DNA of 64,000 nt, from NCBI GenBank assembly GCA_044344255.1, contig JBIJDH010000012.1, positions 32,001 to 96,000 of the forward strand, read 5' to 3'. The notes beneath the pieces are model-generated. The model was not told the origin of the DNA, made no database searches, and worked only from the letters and a program-made list of their open reading frames with translations. Positions 49,022 through 58,343 of the stretch are shown one piece after another; positions within the stretch are counted from its first letter, which is position 1, and the number at the start of each line of letters is the position of its first letter. The DNA is from Myxococcota bacterium (GTDB taxonomy: Bacteria; Myxococcota_A; UBA796; UBA2385). Made by a program: the position numbers and the translations under genes.

Positions 49022-49163
49022 GCGGAGGACCCCACGGAGGCCCCGGCGGCGGCGCCAGGACGAGTACCAGACCGACGGAGGATATGACGCCCTCGCGCGG
49101 ACGGGTAGGTGGGCGCTCGGACTGCGTCCGTCTCCGCTATGATGGACCACCCCCGGAGCCCGC

Positions 49164-50756
49164 ATGTCCGCCCTCTCCCCGCTGCTCTTCCCGCTGCTCC
49201 TGCCGCTCTGGGCGCTCTCCGCTTGCCGCTCGACGAGCGCCGCCGGCAAGGCCGGGGCCGACACCGCCGCGGCCCAGGGCGACGACGAGGACGGCGACGG
49301 CGTACTGGCCGGCGAGGACTGCGACGATCAGGACGCGTCCACCTCCCCCGCCGCCGCCGAGATCTGCGATGGGGTCGACAACAACTGCGACGGGCAGGTC
49401 GATGAGGGCGTCACCGCCGCGTGGTACGCCGACGAAGACGGGGACGGCTTCGGAGACCCCTCGGCCCACTTCGAGGCCTGCGAGGGGGCCGCGGGTGCCG
49501 TGGCCAATGACTCGGACTGCGACGACACGAACGAGCGGGTCTATCCCGGCGCCCCAGACCTCTGCGATGCGCTCGACAATGACTGCGACGGCGAGGTGGA
49601 CGAGGACGGGCTGACCACCTGGTACGCCGACAGCGACGCGGACGGCTTCGGGGACCGCCTCTCCCCCATCGAGGCCTGCGCGCCCCCCGAGGGCTACGTC
49701 AACGACGATCAGGACTGCAACGACGAGACCGCCGAGGCCCACCCCGGCCACGCCGAGGTCTGTGACGAGATCGACAACGACTGCGACGGGGACATCGACG
49801 AGGACGTCGAGCTCACCTGGTACGCCGACCACGACGAGGACGGCTGGGGGCTGCCCGACGAGACCACCGAGGCCTGCTCACAGCCCGCTGGCTACGCCGC
49901 CGAGGCCGGAGACTGCGACGACGACGACCCCGCCTATCACCCCGCCGCGCCCGAGCCGGACTGCACCGATCCGAATGACTACAATTGTGACGGCGCCGTG
50001 GGCTACGCCGATGATGACCTCGACGGCTGGGCCGCCTGCGCGGAGTGTGACGACACCCGCGCCGACATCCACCCCGACGCCCAAGAGGTCTGCGATGGCC
50101 TCGACAACGACTGCGACACCCTCATCGATGACCTCGACGCCAGCCTCGACACCACCACCACCTCCACCTGGTACACCGACGGGGACGGCGACGGTTACGG
50201 CGTAGACAGCGCCCTCGTCCAAGCCTGCAGCGCGCCGGCCGGCACCGCGGCCCGGTCCGACGACTGCGACGACGGCGACGCCGCCCAGAACCCCGGCGCG
50301 GTCGAGGTCTGTAACGGCGAGGACGACGACTGCTCCGCCGTCTCCGACGACGGCGGGGTCTGCCCCTGCGACGTCGAGCACCCGAGCGGTGACACGCTGC
50401 ACCCCTACTTGTTCTGCCAGTCCGCCACGGACTGGGCGACGGCGAGCCTCGCCTGTCAGGCCGTCGGCTACCACCTCGTCACCCTCTCCAGCAGCGACGA
50501 GAACACCTGGGTCGACGACACCGCCGACACCTACTCCACCGAGAAGTGGTGGACCGGCATGAACGACCTCACCACCGAAGGGAGCTGGGGCTGGGCCGAC
50601 GGCAGCGCCGTCCCCTACACAAACTGGAGCTCCGGGGAGCCGAACGACGCCGGCGGCGACGAGGACTGCGGCCAGCTCAACCGCTTCCACCCCATCCCGA
50701 CCTGGAACGACGAGCCCTGTAGCTCCCCCTTCCGATACATCTGCGAATACGAATGA
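49164..50756 (+). CDS. Lipoprotein with MopE-type putative metal-binding repeats and a C-terminal C-type lectin domain
   Basis: Lipobox LSAC; repeated DCDD....PGA.E.CDG.DNDCDG..DE and WYAD.DGDGFG; WTGMND..EGSW.W.DG, WSSGEPND..EDC, WNDEPC, ICE. Confidence 0.88.
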   Translation: MSALSPLLFPLLLPLWALSACRSTSAAGKAGADTAAAQGDDEDGDGVLAGEDCDDQDASTSPAAAEICDGVDNNCDGQVDEGVTAAWYADEDGDGFGDPSAHFEACEGAAGAVANDSDCDDTNERVYPGAPDLCDALDNDCDGEVDEDGLTTWYADSDADGFGDRLSPIEACAPPEGYVNDDQDCNDETAEAHPGHAEVCDEIDNDCDGDIDEDVELTWYADHDEDGWGLPDETTEACSQPAGYAAEAGDCDDDDPAYHPAAPEPDCTDPNDYNCDGAVGYADDDLDGWAACAECDDTRADIHPDAQEVCDGLDNDCDTLIDDLDASLDTTTTSTWYTDGDGDGYGVDSALVQACSAPAGTAARSDDCDDGDAAQNPGAVEVCNGEDDDCSAVSDDGGVCPCDVEHPSGDTLHPYLFCQSATDWATASLACQAVGYHLVTLSSSDENTWVDDTADTYSTEKWWTGMNDLTTEGSWGWADGSAVPYTNWSSGEPNDAGGDEDCGQLNRFHPIPTWNDEPCSSPFRYICEYE

Positions 50757-50768
50757 ACCCGACGGGGG

Positions 50769-51953
50769 CTAACGCGCGGGTCGCCGCTCTCGGGCCACGG
50801 CCAGGAGAAGCAGCCCGACCGCGACCCCGCTGAGGCCGGCCCCGATGAGGAAGAGGCCGCTGGTGCCCAGCTCGTCGAGGTAGAGGGCGGTGAGGCCGGC
50901 CGAAGCGAGCGGCCCCACTCCATAGGCGCTCGTGGTGAGCAGGGCCTGGGCGCTGTTTCCGACCTCCGGCGGGGCCCGCCGGCGGAGCAGCTCCACCGCG
51001 CCGATCCAGAAGGCGCCGAAGCTGAGCCCGTGAAGGGCCTGGATGGCCACGAAGAGGGCAGGGTCCTCCACGACCGCGTTCAGCCCCCAGCGCAGCGCCC
51101 CCGCGGCCATCGCCGCCGTGATCAAGGTGAGCGGGCTCAGGCGGGTCAGCAATTGCCGCGCCCAGGCCATCACCGCCACCTCGACGAGGATGCCGATCGC
51201 GATCGAGACCCCCGACCAGGCCGAGGGGAGGCCGAGGCTCGAGAGGTGGACCGGGAGCAGGCAGTCGTAGGTCGCCAGCGCGGTGCCGTGCAGGGCACAG
51301 GCGAGCAAGAAGGGCATGAAGAAGGGCTGCGCGGCGAGGCGGCGAAGGGCGGGCCCGAGCGGCTGGGGGCCGCGGCTCTCGGCCCGCGGCAAGGTGAAGG
51401 CCAGCGCGGCGGCGCCCGCCCAGGCCCCCATGCCGATCAGCAGCGGCGCCGCGGCGAACCGATCGACGAGCAGCGAGCCCAGCAGCGCGAAGACGAGGAA
51501 GCCGAGCGAGCCCCAGAGGCGGATGCGGCCGTACTCGCGGGCGTCCGCCCCGCTCTGCTCGAGGAGCTTGACCGCAGCGGCGTCCATCACGGGCCCCACC
51601 GGAGCCCGCACGACGGCGAAGAGCAGCAGCACGAGGCCGAGCGCGAGGTCCCCCCTCACCCCCATCGCCGCGCCGCAGAGGAGCACCGTGAGCACGCTGC
51701 AGAGCTGCAGGATGCGCGTGCCCTCGCGGAAACGGTCGGCCACGCCGGCCCAGACCGGCGCCGAGATCATGCGGGCGAAGGGGATGAGGCCGAGCAGGGC
51801 CCCCATCGCCGCCCCGCTGTGGCCGTCGCGATCGAGCCACAAGCCCAAGAACGGGGTCCAACCGCCGTTTCCGCCGACCGCCAGGAAGTAGTAGGCGATC
51901 AGCAGCCTGCGGGAGCGGGCGCGAAGGGCCGCCTCGCCCGCCCGGACCTCCAT
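50769..51953 (-). CDS. MFS transporter (MFS_1-like / HcaT-like)
   Basis: About 12 TM; YGRIRLWGSLGF, QALHGLSFG; ATG 51953 overlaps folD stop. Confidence 0.85.
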   Translation of the reverse strand: MEVRAGEAALRARSRRLLIAYYFLAVGGNGGWTPFLGLWLDRDGHSGAAMGALLGLIPFARMISAPVWAGVADRFREGTRILQLCSVLTVLLCGAAMGVRGDLALGLVLLLFAVVRAPVGPVMDAAAVKLLEQSGADAREYGRIRLWGSLGFLVFALLGSLLVDRFAAAPLLIGMGAWAGAAALAFTLPRAESRGPQPLGPALRRLAAQPFFMPFLLACALHGTALATYDCLLPVHLSSLGLPSAWSGVSIAIGILVEVAVMAWARQLLTRLSPLTLITAAMAAGALRWGLNAVVEDPALFVAIQALHGLSFGAFWIGAVELLRRRAPPEVGNSAQALLTTSAYGVGPLASAGLTALYLDELGTSGLFLIGAGLSGVAVGLLLLAVARERRPAR

Positions 51954-52806
51954 CAACCGCGCAGCCGCGCCTCGGCCGCGCGGACCGTGCTGTCCATCAA
52001 CATCGCGATGGTCATCGGGCCGACCCCGCCGGGGACGGGGGTGATCGCCCGCGCCCGCGCCGAGGCTCCGGCGTACTCGACGTCCCCGCAGAGCCGACCG
52101 TCGGCGCTGCGGTTCATGCCGACGTCGATGACCACGGCCCCATCCGCGATCCACTCGCCGCGCACGAGCTCGGCCTGCCCCACCGCGGCGACGACGAGCT
52201 CGGCTCGGCGTAGCTCATCGACGAGCCCGCGGCTGCGGCTGTGGCAGAGCGTGACGGTGGCGTGAGCCTGCTCGAGCAGCATCGCCATCGGCCGCCCGAC
52301 GATGTTGCTGCGCCCGAGGACCACGGCCCGCGCCCCGGCGAGGGGGAGGTCCGTGAGGCCGATGAGGTGCATCACGCCGGCAGGGGTGCAGGGCACGAAG
52401 CGCGGCCGCCCCTGCGAGAGCAGGCCCACGTTCTCGGGGTGGAAGCCGTCCACGTCCTTGCCCGGATCGATACGGTCGAGCACGGGCCGGGGATCGAGGT
52501 GCGCGGGTAGGGGCAGCTGCACGAGGATGCCGTCGATGAGCGGATCATCGTTGAGGCGGTCGATCAGCGCCAGGAGCTCTGCCTGCGTGGTCTCGTCGGG
52601 GAGGTGGATGCTCTCCTGGTGGAAGCCGAGCTTCTCCGCCCGCTCCGCCTTCCTCTTCACGTAGATGCCGCTGGCCTCGTCTTGGCCCACCCGCACCACG
52701 GCGTGGCGGGGGGGCGGGGGCACGGCCCGCCCCCGCGGGCGGCGGCGGACCCCCCCGCCCCCCGCCAGCCGCTGGCCGTTGAGCACGAGAGCCGCGGAGG
52801 GCGCGC

Positions 52807-52810
<4 letters not shown>
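51953..52810 (-). CDS. folD: Bifunctional methylenetetrahydrofolate dehydrogenase/cyclohydrolase
   Basis: [49 protein letters not shown]. Confidence 0.95.
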
Positions 52811-53214
<404 letters not shown>

Positions 53215-53355
53215 CGATGACCTCCAGGACGCGGCGCATGGATAAGCGCTTCGCTCGGAGCGGCAAGGCAGCGGCGGTGAGATCATCCCGCCTCGGCCTT
53301 CTCCTCCCCCTGCGGGCTTGCCCGATGCCCCCTCGCCTCGCTACGCTGCGCCGCC

Positions 53356-54162
53356 ATGCTGCTCGTCGCCATCCTTGTCCTGCTCGCTGTCGGTGCGCTC
53401 GGCGCGCTCATCGCCGTGCTGGCCGGCCTGTGTGTCAACATCACTGACCGCGGCGAGCCCTTCGAGCCGACGCTCCCGCTGCTCCACACCGCGCTGCGGG
53501 AGTGGGTCGCCCACCTCCTCATGGGCGGCTTCTTCTTCCCCGGCTTGATGAACCCGCCGCCGATCCGCGGAGAGGCCTCGCCCGGCCGGGTGCCCATCCT
53601 GCTGGTGCACGGCTACGCGGTCAACCGCGGCTGCTTCCTCTTGCTGGAGCGGCACCTCAAGCGGCAGGGCTGGGACTGGGTCTGGTCGATCAACAACCAG
53701 CCCACCTCGAGCCCCATCCCCACCTTCGCGCGCAACGTGGCGGCGGCGGTCGAGGAGCTCAAGCGGGTGAGCGGCGCCGAGCAGGTCGACATCATCGGCC
53801 ACTCCATGGGCGGCGTGATCGCGGCCTGGTACATCAACCGCCTCGACGGGCACCGCTCGGTGCGGCGGCTCATCACCCTCGGCACCCCCTGGCGGGGCAC
53901 GAAGATGTCGGTCTGGGGCCGCCGCCGTGAGGCCCGAGACCTCGACCCCCGCTCCGAGGTCATCGCGGACATCGCGGTCCCTCAAGTGCCCGTCACGGCC
54001 TTGTGGAGCGTCACCGACCACCTCGTCTGCCCGATCACGAACGGGCTCGTGCCGGGCATCACCTCGGTCGAGCTCGACCATATGGGCCACCTCGACATGC
54101 TCTTCCACCCCCGGGTCTACCCCCTGGTCGAGCGCGCGCTGCTCGAGCCGGTGCCGACATGA
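53356..54162 (+). CDS. Membrane-anchored lipase/esterase (alpha/beta hydrolase)
   Basis: N-terminal TM; LVHGY, GHSMGG, TLGTPWRGT, GHLDML. Confidence 0.85.
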   Translation: MLLVAILVLLAVGALGALIAVLAGLCVNITDRGEPFEPTLPLLHTALREWVAHLLMGGFFFPGLMNPPPIRGEASPGRVPILLVHGYAVNRGCFLLLERHLKRQGWDWVWSINNQPTSSPIPTFARNVAAAVEELKRVSGAEQVDIIGHSMGGVIAAWYINRLDGHRSVRRLITLGTPWRGTKMSVWGRRREARDLDPRSEVIADIAVPQVPVTALWSVTDHLVCPITNGLVPGITSVELDHMGHLDMLFHPRVYPLVERALLEPVPT

Positions 54163-55085
54163 GCCTCTTCGATCGCAGGATCCTGCTCGTCACGGGCAAG
54201 GGCGGCGTGGGCAAGTCCACCGTCTCGGCGGCCCTCGGCCTCGAAGCGGCGGCGCAGGGCAAGCGCACCCTCATCGTCGAGGTCTCGGGCTGCAAGCGGA
54301 TGGAGGAGATCTTCAACATCCGCGACGAGAGCTACGAGCCGCGCGTGGTGGGCCCCCGGCTGAGCGTGCTCTCGATCACCCCCGAGGAGGCGATCCAGGA
54401 CTACGTCGTCCAGGTGATCCGCTTCAAGAAGCTCTACAAGCTCGCCTTCCAGAACCGCGTGATGGGCCCCTTCATCGAGGCCGTCCCCGGCCTGCACGAC
54501 GCCATCCAGCTCGGCAAGGTCTTCGATCTGGAGCGAGAGTCGGGCACCTTTGGGGGCAAGACCTGGGACCTCATCATCGTCGACGCCCCGGCGACTGGCC
54601 ACGGCCTGACGATGCTCGCCGCGCCCCGATCGATGATGGAGCTCACCCGCGCCGGCCCGCTCTACGACGGCGTAAAGCGCGTCCACGACGTCATCGACGA
54701 CCCCTCCGTGACCGGCATCGTGCTCGTGAGCATCCCCGAAGACATGCCCATCAACGAGACCCTCGAGCTCTACCACCGCCTCGGCGCCACCCGCGCCCAG
54801 GTGCGGCTGGTGGTCCTCAATGAGCTCTTCCCCTCCCCCGCCGCCGCGCCCGCCGACTGGGAGGCCTGGCGCCAGGGGCGCGCCGCCGCCCCCCACAGCC
54901 CGGAGGGGGAGGCCCAAGACCTCGGTGACCGCTGGTACAGCCGGATCCAGCGCCAAGACCGCTGCCGGGCCCGACTCCGCCAGCTCCCCGTGCCCCAGGC
55001 CGACCTCCCCTTCCGCTTCCACCGCGGCCTCTCCACCGCCGAGCTCGGCGAGATGGGCCGCGCCCTCTCTCTGGCGGTGCCATGA
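54159..55085 (+). CDS. ArsA/Get3-related ATPase, subunit 1
   Basis: TGKGGVGKST, VPGL, DAPATGH, E.MPINET; start trimmed to ATG 54159. Confidence 0.88.
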   Translation: MSLFDRRILLVTGKGGVGKSTVSAALGLEAAAQGKRTLIVEVSGCKRMEEIFNIRDESYEPRVVGPRLSVLSITPEEAIQDYVVQVIRFKKLYKLAFQNRVMGPFIEAVPGLHDAIQLGKVFDLERESGTFGGKTWDLIIVDAPATGHGLTMLAAPRSMMELTRAGPLYDGVKRVHDVIDDPSVTGIVLVSIPEDMPINETLELYHRLGATRAQVRLVVLNELFPSPAAAPADWEAWRQGRAAAPHSPEGEAQDLGDRWYSRIQRQDRCRARLRQLPVPQADLPFRFHRGLSTAELGEMGRALSLAVP

Positions 55086-56125
55086 GCACCCGAGTCCTCA
55101 TCTGCTGCGGCTCGGGGGGCGTGGGCAAGACCACCGTGAGCGCCTCGCTGGCCCTCAAGCACGCCAACGCCGGCGAGCGGGTCTGCGTGCTCACCATCGA
55201 CCCTGCGCGCCGCCTCGCCGACAGCCTCGGCGTCGGCGAGCTCGGGAACACCCCCTTCCGGGTCCCGATCCCAGGGGCGACGGGCAGCCTCGACGCGATG
55301 ATGCTCGACGCCAAGGCCGTCTTCGATGACCTCGTCCGCCGCTTCGCCCCCAGCCCCGCCGCCGCAGAGCGCATCCTCGGCAACCGCTACTACCGCTTCG
55401 CCAGCAGCCGCCTCGGCGGCAGCCATGAGTACATGGCGATGGAGAAGCTGCTCGAGCTCTGGCAGTCGGGCCACTACGACACCATCGTGCTCGACACGCC
55501 CCCCACCCGCCACGCCCTCGACTTCCTGCGCGCCCCCGACCGCATGAGCGGCCTGATGGACCAGGGCGTGCTCCGCTGGCTCGTCATGCCCGCCTCCCAA
55601 GGCGGCTGGCGGGCGATCGAGCTCGGCTCCGAGGCCCTCGCTGGCGTGCTCAAGCGCCTGATGGGCCAGGAGACGGTCGAGGAGATCGCCGAGTTCTTCG
55701 ACTCCTTCCGCGACCTCTGGGACGGCTTCCGCGACCGCAGCAAGCTCGTCTCCGGGCTGCTCTGCAGCGAGGGCACGCGCTTCTTCCTCGTCACCTCGCC
55801 GGCCCCCGCCGCCCGCTCCGAGGCGCTCTACTTCCTCGCGGTGCTCCAAGAGCGCCACCTCCCCTTCGGCGGCTTCGTGGTCAACCGCGTGCTGCAGGGG
55901 CCGACGCAGCCCGCACCGGACGTGGCCGGCCTGCCCGAGCCCATCGCCCGCGTGATGCTCGAGGCCCCGCAGCTCCGCCGCAGGCTCGCCCAGGGGCACG
56001 CCGAGGCCATCCGCTCGCTCCGCCAGGCCGGGCCCGATCACGCGCCCTGCTGGGTCATCCCCGATCAAGACCAGGACATCCACGACCTGCCGGCCCTGAT
56101 GAGCCTCGCCCCCTACCTGCCCTGA
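55082..56125 (+). CDS. ArsA/Get3-related ATPase, subunit 2
   Basis: CGSGGVGKTT, TIDPARRLADSLG, EYMAMEKL, DTPPTRHALDFL. Confidence 0.9.
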   Translation: MSTRVLICCGSGGVGKTTVSASLALKHANAGERVCVLTIDPARRLADSLGVGELGNTPFRVPIPGATGSLDAMMLDAKAVFDDLVRRFAPSPAAAERILGNRYYRFASSRLGGSHEYMAMEKLLELWQSGHYDTIVLDTPPTRHALDFLRAPDRMSGLMDQGVLRWLVMPASQGGWRAIELGSEALAGVLKRLMGQETVEEIAEFFDSFRDLWDGFRDRSKLVSGLLCSEGTRFFLVTSPAPAARSEALYFLAVLQERHLPFGGFVVNRVLQGPTQPAPDVAGLPEPIARVMLEAPQLRRRLAQGHAEAIRSLRQAGPDHAPCWVIPDQDQDIHDLPALMSLAPYLP

Positions 56126-56137
56126 GGGGCCGGGGCC

Positions 56138-57190
56138 TCACTCGCCGGGGGCGCCGATGTCGTACTCGATGACGATCTGCGCGCCGCGGGCCGGTACGCC
56201 CGTGCCGTGGAAGTAGACGATGTAATACTCGGCGTCGTAGCTCCAACCGTTCACGGGATCGGGCTCCACCGGAGCATCATCGACCCAGACGAGGATGCTC
56301 TCTTCGACGGCGGGGTACTCGAGCTGGAAGCTCGTCAGCACGCCCGATACCTGGAGCCCGAGCTCGGTCATCACGGCGCTGAAGTCGGCGTCGCAGATGC
56401 TGCCCTGCACCCCGCCGAAGGCCTCGGCCATCCCCGCGTAGCGGAATCCGGGCACCGCCCCCTCACAGGACTCGTCGATCTCCGGCCCGACGATGGAGCT
56501 CACGAGGACGCGGGAGCCGTCGTCCTTGATCGACTTGTAGTCGGCGATCAGCTCCTTGATGCTGGTGAGCTCGGCGGCGTGCTCGTAGCAGGCCGTGCCC
56601 TCGTCATAAGCGGCCAGCGCCCCGCGGTCTGTACAGTCATTCTCATCGGATAGGTAGACGATGGACAGCGTCGCCTCGGGCCGGATGAAGCCGCCGTTGT
56701 AGCCGGAGACGAGGGGCTCGGAGAGGGCCTGGAAGGCGGCGTCGATGCCCTTCTCCTTGTCGGACCCGCCGATGCCCACCTGGATGCGGTCGGCGAAACG
56801 AGCGACATAGTCGGGGGTGGCGGCGGAGAGGTAGAGCGGCTCGCCCTCCGGGGCCTGGAGCTTGCCCTTCTGGGCGGTGTCCTCCATGTCGGTGGTGATG
56901 ACCCCGATCTGGAAGTCAACCGCGCTCAGCTCGAGGGCGCTCACGAAGTCTTCGAAGCGCGCGGCGATGCCCGCCTGCTCGTCGGCCATCGATTGACTGT
57001 TATCGGTGACCCACAGGATATCGACCTGATCGGTGGGGACCTGGTAGAAGACGTCCCGCCCCTCTTGCCGCACCACCTTTTGATCGCTGGCGCAGGCGCA
57101 GAGCAAGGCGGCGAGGCAAAGGGGCCCTGCGCCCGCCGACGGCAGAGGACGGGCGCCGGATCGGGTCGGGGCAGCGCGGCGCATGGACAC
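56138..57190 (-). CDS. vWA-like lipoprotein
   Basis: Lipobox LCAC; VDILWVTDNSQS (DxSxS MIDAS), GVITTD, LSDEND. Confidence 0.7.
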   Translation of the reverse strand: MSMRRAAPTRSGARPLPSAGAGPLCLAALLCACASDQKVVRQEGRDVFYQVPTDQVDILWVTDNSQSMADEQAGIAARFEDFVSALELSAVDFQIGVITTDMEDTAQKGKLQAPEGEPLYLSAATPDYVARFADRIQVGIGGSDKEKGIDAAFQALSEPLVSGYNGGFIRPEATLSIVYLSDENDCTDRGALAAYDEGTACYEHAAELTSIKELIADYKSIKDDGSRVLVSSIVGPEIDESCEGAVPGFRYAGMAEAFGGVQGSICDADFSAVMTELGLQVSGVLTSFQLEYPAVEESILVWVDDAPVEPDPVNGWSYDAEYYIVYFHGTGVPARGAQIVIEYDIGAPGE

Positions 57191-57219
57191 CTCAGGGACA
57201 GCGTAGCCCGCTCGTGGGC

Positions 57220-58176
57220 TCAGGGGAGAAGGACCGCCTCAGAGATGCAGAGGTCGTCGAACTCCTTGCCCTTCTGGACCGTGTCGATGGTGATGCGCAC
57301 CTTGCCGGTCTTGTGAGCGCCGAAGTCGATGATCTGCTCGGTCGGAGAGGGCTTGATCGTGATGGGGGCCTTCGAGCCGTCCGAGAAGGTGAGCGTCGCC
57401 GCCTTGGCGGCGTTCGACTTCATGAAGACGGAGAAGCTCGTCGCGTTTCCGTTTCGCAGCTTGAGCTTGGAGACGGTCGGGCTGCCCGAGAGGGCGAGCT
57501 CGACCCACTCGGCGGTGCCGTCGCTCTTCTTGTTGCCCTCACACCACATGGAGTCGAGCATGCCATCGCCCATGTTGGCGGGCTCGTAGTTGGCGTCGGC
57601 GTCGGAGGGGAAGACCGTGCTCGCCGTGTAGCCGGAGACCGGGATCGCCGACGACGGTGCGTCATCGAGCAGCTGGAGCTCGGAGATCACGGTGTCATTG
57701 AAGGTGCTGCCATTGTACACGCTCCGCACCTTCACCTTGACCGAGCTCGTGCTGACGGGCTTCGTGAGGTGGATGAGCTCCGGCTTGTACTCGTCTTTGA
57801 GGGTGTACTTCTGCACGCTGCCATCGGAGAATTCGACCTCGACCTCCTTGGCGCGGTTGTGACGCACCCAGAAGTCGTTGGTGTACCAGTTGCCGTTCCA
57901 GATGCGGAGCGAGGTGACCAGCTTGGGCCCCTCGAGGTCAGCCTGGACCCAGGAGCCGAGCCCGGAGCCCGCCTCACCCTCACACCAGACGCCGCCGCCC
58001 TTGAGGTCACCGAGGTTCTTCGGCTCGTACGTGACGCCGTTGGTCTCGGCGAGGGAGGTAGAGGCCGAGAAGCCGGTGACCTTCAGCACATCCGCCGAGG
58101 CCGCCGAGCTGCCGAGAGGAGACAGCGAGGCGCCGCCCACGAGCGCGAAGACCAGACTGGAGACGACCAGGAGCAT
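57220..58176 (-). CDS. Secreted protein with two discoidin-like (NADase-type glycan-binding-like) domains
   Basis: Signal peptide; internal duplication YEP.N.GD....WCEG...W...NGN...FSDGS...ISE. Confidence 0.7.
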   Translation of the reverse strand: MLLVVSSLVFALVGGASLSPLGSSAASADVLKVTGFSASTSLAETNGVTYEPKNLGDLKGGGVWCEGEAGSGLGSWVQADLEGPKLVTSLRIWNGNWYTNDFWVRHNRAKEVEVEFSDGSVQKYTLKDEYKPELIHLTKPVSTSSVKVKVRSVYNGSTFNDTVISELQLLDDAPSSAIPVSGYTASTVFPSDADANYEPANMGDGMLDSMWCEGNKKSDGTAEWVELALSGSPTVSKLKLRNGNATSFSVFMKSNAAKAATLTFSDGSKAPITIKPSPTEQIIDFGAHKTGKVRITIDTVQKGKEFDDLCISEAVLLP

Positions 58177-58343
58177 CCATCCTCCAACCGCCCGGCGCCC
58201 TCGAGCGCGGCGGCCAAGCGTGAGTAGAACAAGGTGGGCAGCCTACAGGATCGTCTGCAAAGCCGCTGTGAGGGCGTGAATCGAGACACCGGAGCCAGCC
58301 GCGCCATCCCAGTCCATGGCGACCCCCGGGCAACCGACCGGGC

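Noticed and set aside
54159..56125. Arsenic resistance operon
   Set aside because: No arsB/acr3/arsC/arsR/arsD; motifs fit the Get3-like paired clade
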